This document shows, piece after piece, positions 23,754-32,277 of a stretch of DNA of 42,304 nt. The notes below the pieces were generated by a model. That model was given only the letters and a program-made list of their open reading frames with translations. It was not told the DNA's origin and did not search any database. Position 1 is the first letter of the stretch, and every line of letters begins with the position of its first letter. Location of the stretch: positions 1-42,304 of the forward strand of contig JAGWLG010000031.1 of NCBI GenBank assembly GCA_028864975.1. Direction: 5' to 3'. The DNA comes from Thermoplasmata archaeon. Its GTDB lineage: Archaea; Thermoplasmatota; Thermoplasmata; Lutacidiplasmatales; UBA184. Position numbers and translations under genes: made by a program.

Positions 23754-26609
23754 TCACCGACGCATCGCGGGCAGGCCGGTCGCGCGACCTCCCGCCGTCG
23801 ACACCGAGTTCCGCGTCCGTGAGGAGAGCAGCGGGCGCAGGAACCTCCCCGTGTGGGAGGCGGCGACCTTCGCGACCTCTTCCGGGGTACCGGCGGCCAC
23901 GAGCTCGCCGCCCTTGTCGCCCCCTTCGGGTCCCAGGTCGATCAACCAGTCGGCCGACTTCAGCACGTCCAGGTTGTGCTCGATGACGACCACCGTGTTC
24001 CCGCTCTCTCGCAGGCGGAAGAGGACCTCGAGCAGGCGGCGGACATCGTCGAAGTGGAGGCCCGTGGTCGGCTCGTCCAGGAGGTAGAGAGTCTTTCCCG
24101 TAGGGACCTTGGAGAGCTCGAAGGCGATCTTGATCCTCTGCGCCTCGCCGCCCGAGAGCGTGGTCGCGCTCTGCCCGAGCTCGACGTAGCCCAGCCCCAC
24201 GTCCGAGAGGAGCTGGAGGCGGGCGTGGATGCGAGGGTGCGCGGCGAAGAACGCGAGCGCTTCGTCGACGGTCATCTTGAGCACGTCGGCGACGTTCTTG
24301 CCCTTGTAGGCCACCGCGAGGGTCTCCTGGTTGAACCGCTTCCCGTGGCAGACCTCGCAGACGACGTAGACGTCGGGCAGGAAGTGCATCTCGTGGCGGA
24401 TGATGCCGTCCCCCTCGCACGCCTCGCAACGGCCGCCGGCGACGTTGAAGGAGAACCTTCCTGGGGCGAACCCGCGGGCCTGTGCCTCGGGAAGCTGGGC
24501 GAAGAGCTCTCGGATGGGGGTGAAGAGGCCCGTGTAGGTCGCGGGATTGCTCCTCGGGGTCCGCCCGATCGGGGACTGGTCGATCATCAGCACCCGGTCC
24601 AGGTGATCGACGCCCTGGAGGTAGTCGTGCTTCCCGGGTGGCGGACCTCCCAGGCCGAGCGCCCGGCGCAGGGCCTTGTAGAGGATCTCCTGGACGAGGG
24701 TGCTCTTTCCGCTGCCGGAGACGCCGCTCACTCCCGTTAGCGTCCCCAGCGGGAACTTCACTTGGATCCCCTTGAGGTTGTTCTCACGGGCGCCGTGGAC
24801 CTCCAGGGAGAGGCCCTTCCCCCGTTCTCGCCGGGCGGGGAGCGGGATCGCGCGTCGCCCCAGGAGGTAGTCGGCGGTGAGCGAGCGCTCGGCCTTCCCC
24901 ACGTCGGAAGGGGGCCCCGCGAAGAGCAGCTCCCCTCCATGCACTCCTGCTCCCGGGCCCAGGTCGATGAGCCAGTCCGAGTGCCGCATCGTCGCCTCGT
25001 CATGCTCGACGACCACCACGGTGTTCCCCAGGTCCCGCAGCGAGGCGAGCGTGCTCAAGAGGCGGTCATGGTCGCGCGGGTGGAGCCCGATCGAAGGTTC
25101 GTCCAGGATGTAGAGGACGCCCACGAGCCCGCTCCCGATCTGCGTCGCGAGGGAGATGCGCTCCGCTTCGCCGCCCGAGAGCGTGCCGGCGGCGCGGTCG
25201 AGGGTCAAGTAGGTGAGCCCGACGTTCTCCAGGAACCCGAGCCGGGAGAGGATCTCCTTCACCACCTGGCCGACGATGGTGCGCTCCCTGTCCGTGGGGG
25301 CGAGGGTGCGGAAGAAGCGCAGCGACTCCTCGACGCTCATCGCGCTGACGGCGGCGATGGAGCGATCGCGGACGGTGACAGCGAGCACCTCGGGCTTGAG
25401 ACGCTTCCCGCCGCAGTCGTGGCACGGGGTGAAGGTCATGAAGTCCATGTAGTAGTCGCGCATCCCCGAGCTCTTGGTCTCCTTGAACCGCCGCTCGATG
25501 ACGTTCGCGACCCCTTCGCGAAGCAGGTGGCGGCAGTGCCAGTGGACGGCGATGCCCTCCGGTGCGCCGTAGAGCAGCGCTTGCTTCGCCCGCTCGGGCA
25601 TCGAGGAGACGGGTTTCGAGGGGTCGAAGTGGAAGTGGCGGCAGAGGCGGCGCAGGCAGTCCTCGCAGACCGGGATCCCCGCGACGGAGAAGGCCCCGCC
25701 GGTGACCGGGCGGTCCGGGTGGCGGAGGATGAGCCCCGGGTCGGCGTGGAGCGTCGCTCCGATCCCCGAGCAGCCGCGACAGGCCCCGAACGGAGCGTTG
25801 AAGGAGAAGAGCCTCGGCTCGAGCTCCTCGAGCGAGAACCCGCACGAAGGGCAGGCACGCGCTAGGGAGTAGGTGGTTCGGCTGCCGTCGGGGCGCCCGA
25901 TGTAGATCACGCCGCCCCCCAGGCGCTGCCCCAGCTCGATCGCCTCGGAGAGCCGGCTCGCCTCGTCCTCGGACGCGACGAAGGCGTCGACCACGGCCTC
26001 GATGGTGTGCTTCTTGTTCTTCTCGAGCTTGATCGTCGTGGTCCCGAGGCGGGATTCGACCCCGTCGACCAGGACACGTCGAAAGCCCTGTCGGCGCAGG
26101 TCCTCGAGAAGGTCTCGGTGCTCCCCCTTCTTGCCGCGCAGGACGGGGGCGATGACCTCCACCTTCTGTCCCCGGAGCGAGGCCTGGATCGAGCTCACGA
26201 TGCGGTCGACGCTCTGCGGGGTGATCTCGACCCCATGCTTCGGGCAGTGCGGGACCCCGATACGGGCGAAGAGGAGCCGAAGGTAGTCGTGGACCTCGGT
26301 CACCGTCCCGACCGTGGAGCGGGGATTGCGGCTCCCTGCCCGCTGCTCGATGGCGATGGCGGGGGAAAGGCCGTCGATCGAGTCCACCTCGGGCTTGTCC
26401 ATCTGCCCCAAGAACTGCCGGGCGTAGGCCGAGAGGCTCTCGATGTAGCGCCGCTGGCCCTCGGCGTAGAGGGTGTCGAAGGCGAGCGAGCTCTTTCCCG
26501 ACCCGCTCACGCCGGTGATCACGACGAACTTGTTCCGAGGGATCTCCAGGGTGACGTTCTTCAGGTTGTGCTGACGGGCCCCGCGTACGATGATGTTCCC
26601 TTCGCCCAT
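23754..26609 (-). CDS. uvrA: Excinuclease ABC subunit A
   Basis: [14 protein letters not shown], two GVSGSGKS Walker A motifs, two LSGGEA signatures, Zn fingers; true start at ATG 26609. Confidence 0.97.
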   Translation of the reverse strand: MGEGNIIVRGARQHNLKNVTLEIPRNKFVVITGVSGSGKSSLAFDTLYAEGQRRYIESLSAYARQFLGQMDKPEVDSIDGLSPAIAIEQRAGSRNPRSTVGTVTEVHDYLRLLFARIGVPHCPKHGVEITPQSVDRIVSSIQASLRGQKVEVIAPVLRGKKGEHRDLLEDLRRQGFRRVLVDGVESRLGTTTIKLEKNKKHTIEAVVDAFVASEDEASRLSEAIELGQRLGGGVIYIGRPDGSRTTYSLARACPSCGFSLEELEPRLFSFNAPFGACRGCSGIGATLHADPGLILRHPDRPVTGGAFSVAGIPVCEDCLRRLCRHFHFDPSKPVSSMPERAKQALLYGAPEGIAVHWHCRHLLREGVANVIERRFKETKSSGMRDYYMDFMTFTPCHDCGGKRLKPEVLAVTVRDRSIAAVSAMSVEESLRFFRTLAPTDRERTIVGQVVKEILSRLGFLENVGLTYLTLDRAAGTLSGGEAERISLATQIGSGLVGVLYILDEPSIGLHPRDHDRLLSTLASLRDLGNTVVVVEHDEATMRHSDWLIDLGPGAGVHGGELLFAGPPSDVGKAERSLTADYLLGRRAIPLPARRERGKGLSLEVHGARENNLKGIQVKFPLGTLTGVSGVSGSGKSTLVQEILYKALRRALGLGGPPPGKHDYLQGVDHLDRVLMIDQSPIGRTPRSNPATYTGLFTPIRELFAQLPEAQARGFAPGRFSFNVAGGRCEACEGDGIIRHEMHFLPDVYVVCEVCHGKRFNQETLAVAYKGKNVADVLKMTVDEALAFFAAHPRIHARLQLLSDVGLGYVELGQSATTLSGGEAQRIKIAFELSKVPTGKTLYLLDEPTTGLHFDDVRRLLEVLFRLRESGNTVVVIEHNLDVLKSADWLIDLGPEGGDKGGELVAAGTPEEVAKVAASHTGRFLRPLLSSRTRNSVSTAGGRATGLPAMRR

Positions 26610-26632
26610 GGGTCCCTCCGCTCCTGGTCCCC

Positions 26633-27361
26633 CTAAGGGGGCAGGGCCTTGCGGACCGTCTCCTCGAGGCGGTCGAGCACGTAGGCCTGGACCTTCTCCC
26701 CCAGCTCGGGGGAAGCTTCGGTGGTGTCGCCGATGACGCTCTCGGACCAGTGCTCCTCGGTGACCGGGCCGACCAGGGAGGGCGGCACGTTGTAGTCGAC
26801 CTTCGGACGCGCGCTGCCCACGAGTTGGGGGGCGAGCGCCATCACACGGGAGGTCTCGAGCAGTCCGCCGTGCCCATCCCCCTGCGGGGCCTCCTTTCCG
26901 CGCAGCTCGTAGACGAACTCGTAGTCGCACAGGCAGGCGACCTTGAGGTCGTTCGGGTGGTGGTCGAGCGAGTGCGTCGCCCCTTCCCGGAGCGCGGCCA
27001 TGTGGTTGCCGGCCCCGTGTCCCGAGAGGATCAGGACGCGGCGGAACCCGAAGCGGTAGAACTCCTCGAGGAGCTCGTGCACGGTCTCGGCGAGGGTCTC
27101 GATCGAGTGCGAAACGGTGCCCGGGAACCGTCGGGTCCCGGGGCAGATCCCGTAGGGAAGTCCAGGCGCCACGAGGGCGTCGATGCGGTCGGAGAGGGCG
27201 AGCGCGGTGGCCTCCGCCTGGATCATGTCGGAGGCGAGCGGGAGGTGGGGGCCGTGGGCCTCGAGCGCACCGACGGGGAGGATCAGGACGCGTCCCTTCT
27301 TGGCCTCCCGTTCGAGCGTGCGGGAGTCCATCTGGTCGATGCGGCGGCGTACCTTGGACAC
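26633..27361 (-). CDS. Creatininase-family amidohydrolase (ArfB/MftE-like)
   Basis: LPVGALEAHGPHLPLASD, GHGAGN, GHGGLLETS metal-binding motifs. Confidence 0.9.
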   Translation of the reverse strand: MSKVRRRIDQMDSRTLEREAKKGRVLILPVGALEAHGPHLPLASDMIQAEATALALSDRIDALVAPGLPYGICPGTRRFPGTVSHSIETLAETVHELLEEFYRFGFRRVLILSGHGAGNHMAALREGATHSLDHHPNDLKVACLCDYEFVYELRGKEAPQGDGHGGLLETSRVMALAPQLVGSARPKVDYNVPPSLVGPVTEEHWSESVIGDTTEASPELGEKVQAYVLDRLEETVRKALPP

Positions 27362-27412
27362 GGAGGCCCAAGGTGGGGGGCGGTATTTACGGCGGCGGGG
27401 GTGCTGAAACCG

Positions 27413-30085
27413 TCAGTTCCCCGAGGCGGTCGCTTCGCCGTTCGTCCGCTTCGACCGACCACGACCCCGCGCGGTCGCGGGGGCGGCCTCTTCGGTCGCC
27501 TCGGCGCCTTCCGAAGCCATGGTCGCGGCCTTCCCCGCGGAACGCTTTCGCCCCGAGGGGGAGGAGGTGGCGGGGGCCGCGCGAGGAGCTCGGGGCTTCG
27601 CAGGGGCACGGGCCTTGCGGGGCTTCGCGGTCGCGGTCGCGGTCCCTGGCGCCGAGGACGGAGCGGAAGCAGGCGCTGGGACGGAGGCGGGGATTGGAGC
27701 CGAGGATAGGGGGGCGGCAGCAGCCGCCTCGGTCGTCGAGACCCCCGGCACCGGCTTGGCCGCCGGATGCGGGGCGTACGGGGAAGCCCCCTTCCGCGTG
27801 GGGCACTCCGGGTTGATGCACAGGGTCCATGGGGGGCGTCCCTTCTCCACTGCCGTGACGATGGGCGCGCGGCAGACCTCGCAGGGCGCGTGGTCCTTGT
27901 CGAGGTGACCGCGCTGGGGAAGCGGATAGCTGACCTTGCACTGCGGCCACCCCGAGCACCCCACGAACCGGTTCCCCTTGAACGAGTAGCGGATGTTGAG
28001 CGGCCGCCCGCAGGAGGAGCACGTTCCGATCTGGAAGGCCTTCTTGTGCTCCTCGCACAGCGGCTCGATGCAGTAGAGCGCGGGGCGCTGGCCCCGGAAC
28101 GTGATCCGCACCTTCGGCGTCTTGCAGAGGGTGCACAGCTCCGGGGACGGCTCGATGAACCCTGCCGCCGGGAGCGCGTAGCTCGCCGTGCAGGTGGCGG
28201 GATTGTTCGCGCACTGGACCCAGCGCGAGCCCTTCTGGGAGCGGCGCATGCTGAGCGACCCCCCGCATTTCGGGCAGGGGCCGACGAAGTGCTGGGCGTC
28301 GAGGGCGCTCGTGAGCGTGGCCCGTATGCCAGGGGCGTTCTTCTGGAGGACGTCGTAGACCTCTCGGAGCATGGAGCGCGACTCCTCCACCACGTCCTTG
28401 AGCGGCTTCGTGCCCTGGGCGATCGAGTCCATCTCCTTCTCGAGCTGGGCCGTCATGTCGGGCTTGGTCACGAACGAGGCGTGGGCCCTCAGCGCGTCGG
28501 TGACCGCAACGCCGCTCGTGGTCGGTTCGAGACCGCGCGCCTGGATGTAGTGCCGGTCCAGGAGCTTCTGGATCACCTCGTGCCGCGTCGACTTCGTCCC
28601 CAGGCCCAGCTTCTCCATCTCCTGGACGAGGCTCCCCTGCCCGAAGCGGCGGGGAGGGAGGGTCTTCTCCTCGGTGGTGTAGACCCGCTCGAGCGGGACC
28701 TTCGCTTCGGGGGCGAGGACAGGGAGCTCCACCTCGTCCGGGGGCCGCATGTAGGGGTAGATCTTGTACCATCCAGGGTCGAGAAGGTGGAACCCGTCCG
28801 CCTTGAACGGCTCGCCTCCCACGGTGAGCTCGGCGCTCCGTCCACGCCCCCGTCCTTCCGGGCCAACCGTCGCGAGGAACCTCCGCGCGATGAGCTCGTA
28901 GATCTGCGCCCGGTCCCCCCGCAGCTTCTTGGGGTCCGCGGCGGCCGTCGGATAGATCGGAGGGTGGTCCGTCGTCTCGGTCCGACCCCGGGTGGGACGC
29001 ATCTTTTCCTGCGAAAGGCAGAGCGTGGCTTCCTTCTCGAAGGCGCCTGCTTGCAGTTTCTCGACGATGCCCCGGATGCCGAGGGTGTGCGGGTAGACGG
29101 TGTTGTCCGTACGGGGATAGCTGATGATCCCCGAGGTGTAGAGGTCCTCGGCGACCCGCATCGCTTGAGAGGCCCCGAACCCGATCTTGGTCGCTTCCGC
29201 GACGAAGAGCGTGGTGTTGAAGGGGACCGGAGGGCGCAGCGCTCGCTCCTCCTCCTTGAAGGAGCTCACCTTCGCCTCCCGCTCCTTCTGGAGCCGCTCC
29301 AGGAGCTTCTCCACCTCCGGCCGGTCGAAGAAGGCCCCGTGGGTGTGCTGCATGCGGAACGTCGTGTCGTTCTTCTTCCCGTCCGCGTAGAGGTTCCAGT
29401 AGGGTTGAGGGACGAAGTTCTTGATCTCCTGGTCCCGCTCCACGAGCAGCGCCAGGGTCGGGGTCTGGACCCGGCCCACCGAGAGGAAGCCCCCCCCTTG
29501 GGAGCCCGCCCCCCGACCTCCGCCGCCTTGCGAGGTGAGGGTCAGATAGCGGGTGAGGAGCGCCCCCCACATCAGGTCCACATGCTGCCGGGCGAGCCCG
29601 GCGTCCGCCAGGTTCCGGTCGAGCTCCTTGAGGTTCGCGAACGACCCCTCGATCTCCGAGCGCGTGAGAGCGCTGTACTGCGCGCGCTTCACCGCGAGAT
29701 GGGGGTTGACGTCGTGGAGGATCTCCAAACACTCGGCCGCGATGACCTCGCCCTCGCGGTCCCAGTCGGTCGCGAGGATGACCCGGTCGCAGCGGGGAGC
29801 GAGCGAGCGCAGGGCTTCCACGATCGCCTGCTCCGTCACGCTCCGGTGGGGGGTCGCTTCCAGGAGCTTGGGCAGGGTCGCGAGGTCCCAGGTGGCGAGG
29901 TCCTTCGAATAGTCCAGCTCGACGATATGCCCCCGGAGGCCGACGACCTCCCACTCTCCATCGTCGCGGTGGAAGCGGAAGATGCCCACGGGGCCACGGC
30001 GCTCCCGCTCCATCTTGCCGTCGGAGAGGACCACTGCGATCCTCAAGGCCGTGGAGAACTTCTCCGTCGTGACGAGGGTGCGCAC
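27413..30085 (-). CDS. topA: DNA topoisomerase I (type IA) with Zn ribbons and Ala/Pro/Lys-rich tail
   Basis: TOPRIM (LVTTEK, LATDWDREGE), SVGRVQTPTL, GIISYPRTD (catalytic Tyr), GLGTKSTR, C4 Zn ribbons. Confidence 0.96.
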   Translation of the reverse strand: MRTLVTTEKFSTALRIAVVLSDGKMERERRGPVGIFRFHRDDGEWEVVGLRGHIVELDYSKDLATWDLATLPKLLEATPHRSVTEQAIVEALRSLAPRCDRVILATDWDREGEVIAAECLEILHDVNPHLAVKRAQYSALTRSEIEGSFANLKELDRNLADAGLARQHVDLMWGALLTRYLTLTSQGGGGRGAGSQGGGFLSVGRVQTPTLALLVERDQEIKNFVPQPYWNLYADGKKNDTTFRMQHTHGAFFDRPEVEKLLERLQKEREAKVSSFKEEERALRPPVPFNTTLFVAEATKIGFGASQAMRVAEDLYTSGIISYPRTDNTVYPHTLGIRGIVEKLQAGAFEKEATLCLSQEKMRPTRGRTETTDHPPIYPTAAADPKKLRGDRAQIYELIARRFLATVGPEGRGRGRSAELTVGGEPFKADGFHLLDPGWYKIYPYMRPPDEVELPVLAPEAKVPLERVYTTEEKTLPPRRFGQGSLVQEMEKLGLGTKSTRHEVIQKLLDRHYIQARGLEPTTSGVAVTDALRAHASFVTKPDMTAQLEKEMDSIAQGTKPLKDVVEESRSMLREVYDVLQKNAPGIRATLTSALDAQHFVGPCPKCGGSLSMRRSQKGSRWVQCANNPATCTASYALPAAGFIEPSPELCTLCKTPKVRITFRGQRPALYCIEPLCEEHKKAFQIGTCSSCGRPLNIRYSFKGNRFVGCSGWPQCKVSYPLPQRGHLDKDHAPCEVCRAPIVTAVEKGRPPWTLCINPECPTRKGASPYAPHPAAKPVPGVSTTEAAAAAPLSSAPIPASVPAPASAPSSAPGTATATAKPRKARAPAKPRAPRAAPATSSPSGRKRSAGKAATMASEGAEATEEAAPATARGRGRSKRTNGEATASGN

Positions 30086-30452
30086 GGGCCCTTACAGGTT
30101 CCGGGGGGGAAATAAAGAGGAGGCGGGCGCGAGGGGCCTTCTTTCCTCTCTCGGAGCCCCGAACGCGCGTGGGCGCGCGCAGGCGCGCGCGAGCGCGGCC
30201 GCACACGGCGTGGCCACGGATTCCCGCGGGTCCGGTTCTAGAGGTCGTCCCGGACTTCACACCGGTCGGCTCGCCTTCGGGAGCCCCGGGCCGACCAACC
30301 TATGATGGGCCAAGTGCTGGAGGTTGAGAGGGGTCGCGCCTCCCTCCGCTCGCGCCGACGGGCCGTCGTGCGGCTCCCGGGTCTCCGACCCATGTGGCAG
30401 CCCGGCGGGCCGGAGAGGGGCAGCCTTCCCCGCCGAACCCCGAGGCTTCGCG

Positions 30453-30902
30453 CTACGGCGAGGAGCGCGTCAAGTTGTCGTACTGTTCGAAGCGCGCAGC
30501 CGTGTTCAGACCCACCCCGATCCCGAGGACGATCACTCCGGCACCCGCGACCGACATGCCGAAGTAGGTGAGGTTGGTCGCGTTGCTATACTGTTCGTAG
30601 TAGCCCTGGCTCCCGCCGCAGTACCCTCGGAAGCAGCGCCCTGGCGCGTTCCACTCCGCGCTGTTCTCCAAGTACGACCCGATCCCGAAGAGGAGGATGC
30701 CCAGACCTATCGCCATGACGCCGACGGTGACCATGAGGACGCCCAGTCGGTGTCCTCGGCGCCTCGCCCGTCGGAAGGACCGGGGAGGCGGAGGCGAGAA
30801 GGGCCCACCGCTTCCCGCGCCAGGGCTCGACCAAGACGTACCGCTCGAACTCACGGCGGGAGGGGGAGCCCCCTCGTAGGCGGGATAAACGGTGCCCGAC
30901 AT
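30453..30902 (-). CDS. Hypothetical two-TM membrane protein
   Basis: Two hydrophobic helices flanking a short loop with two Cys; basic residues before TM1. Confidence 0.7.
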   Translation of the reverse strand: MSGTVYPAYEGAPPPAVSSSGTSWSSPGAGSGGPFSPPPPRSFRRARRRGHRLGVLMVTVGVMAIGLGILLFGIGSYLENSAEWNAPGRCFRGYCGGSQGYYEQYSNATNLTYFGMSVAGAGVIVLGIGVGLNTAARFEQYDNLTRSSP

Positions 30903-31087
30903 CCTTTCCGTGCCGCTCGTCCGAGGGGCCTCGCGAGCTTCGACCTACTTTACCCCGGTCCTCGTACTTCAATTGGTTCCCGAACGGGGTACGGACCTGG
31001 GCTTTCTGAGGGAACGCAAGGGGGACCTGCCGCTCGAGCGCCGTAGGCGCTTCCTTTATCCCCGAGCCCGAATTGGCCCGCCCGACC

Positions 31088-31160
31088 GCCGCGGTAGCTC
31101 AGTTGGGAGAGCGGCAGACTGAAGATCTGCAGGCCGCTGGTTCAAGTCCGGCCCGCGGCA
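31088..31160 (+). tRNA. trnF: tRNA-Phe(GAA)
   Basis: GCCGCGG/CCGCGGC acceptor, GCTC/GAGC D-stem, GCAGA-CTGAAGA-TCTGC, TTCAAGT T-loop; 73 nt. Confidence 0.97.
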
Positions 31161-31193
31161 CTCTCGAAGGCGGCCGCCGACCTCGACCGGTGG

Positions 31194-32153
31194 CTATCGG
31201 CCCGCCGCGGGGCGGTCCAAGGGACACTCCGCCGAGGTGCCTTGGGGCAGGGAATGGTAGCGAGCGGGTTCGAGCCTAGCTTTGCAGATGACCAGGTGGT
31301 CCGGGAAGATGGTCCGAACCAGGCACATACCATGCCCTCGGCCACGCTCGCACACCATCGTTCCGCCCAGCCCACCGCTCGGCTCGAAGGCCGGTGCCCG
31401 GAGGGTGTAGGTGAACTCGGGGGCCGAGGAGCCGGGAGGTCCCGACCAGGTCAGGACGAGAGTGACCCCCAGCTCGTTCAGCGCCCGGAGCATCGGCCCG
31501 GTCGATCCCCGCGCCCAGGGGTCGAGCCCTTCGACCCGGTCGCCGTTCGCCAGGACCACCACGCGGAACGGAGAGACCTTGCGAAGTCCTCCCACCAGCT
31601 CCTGTAGTACGCTCGGCACCTGGAGCTCTGCGCGAAGATGGGCGAGGCTCTCGCCGTGCGCCCCCTGATGGACGACGCGCTGGATCGCTCCATCCGCGGA
31701 GCCTTTGTCTTCGGGGGCAGCCGTCCGTTTGGGGGCCCTGCCCTCCTCGGGGCCGGAGGATCGATCGACCCCGACCTCTGTAGGGGCGGTCTTACGCGTC
31801 TCCACCGCGAGCGGGACCCAGAGATACTCGACGTCCATCCAGCGGGCAAGACGACGGGCGCTCCGGTTCACCAGCTCCCGGTCGCTGCCCCAGACCAGGA
31901 ACGAGGAGACGAGCGGTTGCTCCGGAGCCGCGAAGGGGCCCCTTTGCGATCTCTCATGAGATCGATGGCCCGAGTGCCGAGGGGGTGGAGATGGTGCGGC
32001 GGAGCCTCCTAACGAAGGGTTTGCCGGAGGGACGCCGGGACGCGAAGGCCCTGCGGGCGAACGCGGAGGGATCGGGAGATCTGGGAGCTGTCGCGCGTTT
32101 GGCTTCGCGGGGCCCGGAAGGTCGTTGGTCGCCCATCCGCGCGCCGTCGCCAT
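31194..32153 (-). CDS. Hypothetical protein, possibly a degenerate RecA/KaiC-like fold with Cys-rich C-terminus
   Basis: Strand-helix pattern FLVWGSDRELVNR / RVVVLANGDR / NELGVTLVLT sits where Walker A and B would be but lacks GKT and the acidic residue. Start uncertain. Confidence 0.5.
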   Translation of the reverse strand: MATARGWATNDLPGPAKPNARQLPDLPIPPRSPAGPSRPGVPPANPSLGGSAAPSPPPRHSGHRSHERSQRGPFAAPEQPLVSSFLVWGSDRELVNRSARRLARWMDVEYLWVPLAVETRKTAPTEVGVDRSSGPEEGRAPKRTAAPEDKGSADGAIQRVVHQGAHGESLAHLRAELQVPSVLQELVGGLRKVSPFRVVVLANGDRVEGLDPWARGSTGPMLRALNELGVTLVLTWSGPPGSSAPEFTYTLRAPAFEPSGGLGGTMVCERGRGHGMCLVRTIFPDHLVICKARLEPARYHSLPQGTSAECPLDRPAAGR

Positions 32154-32277
32154 CGGGGTCTCCTCCAGGGTCCTTCGGCAAATCCAGGACGGTGGACGCG
32201 ACCATCAAGGTTTGGTGGGGCCAGGACCTCGACCTCCGGTCGGGACCGAGCGAGACCTGGGCGTCTTCTCGAGGACC

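Noticed and set aside
22134-30260. Very long alternative-frame ORFs (22134-23822 +, 27387-30260 -, 27767-30115 +) and the 254-codon upstream extension of uvrA
   Set aside because: They overlap clear uvrC, uvrA, creatininase and topA genes, have R/G/P/A-biased translations and are expected shadows in high-GC DNA.
30380-30445. GC-rich stem cggcggg/cccgccg with a GAGA loop as possible SRP RNA helix 8
   Set aside because: Lacks the conserved CAGG/AGCA internal loop, and no SRP or RNase P core motifs were found nearby.
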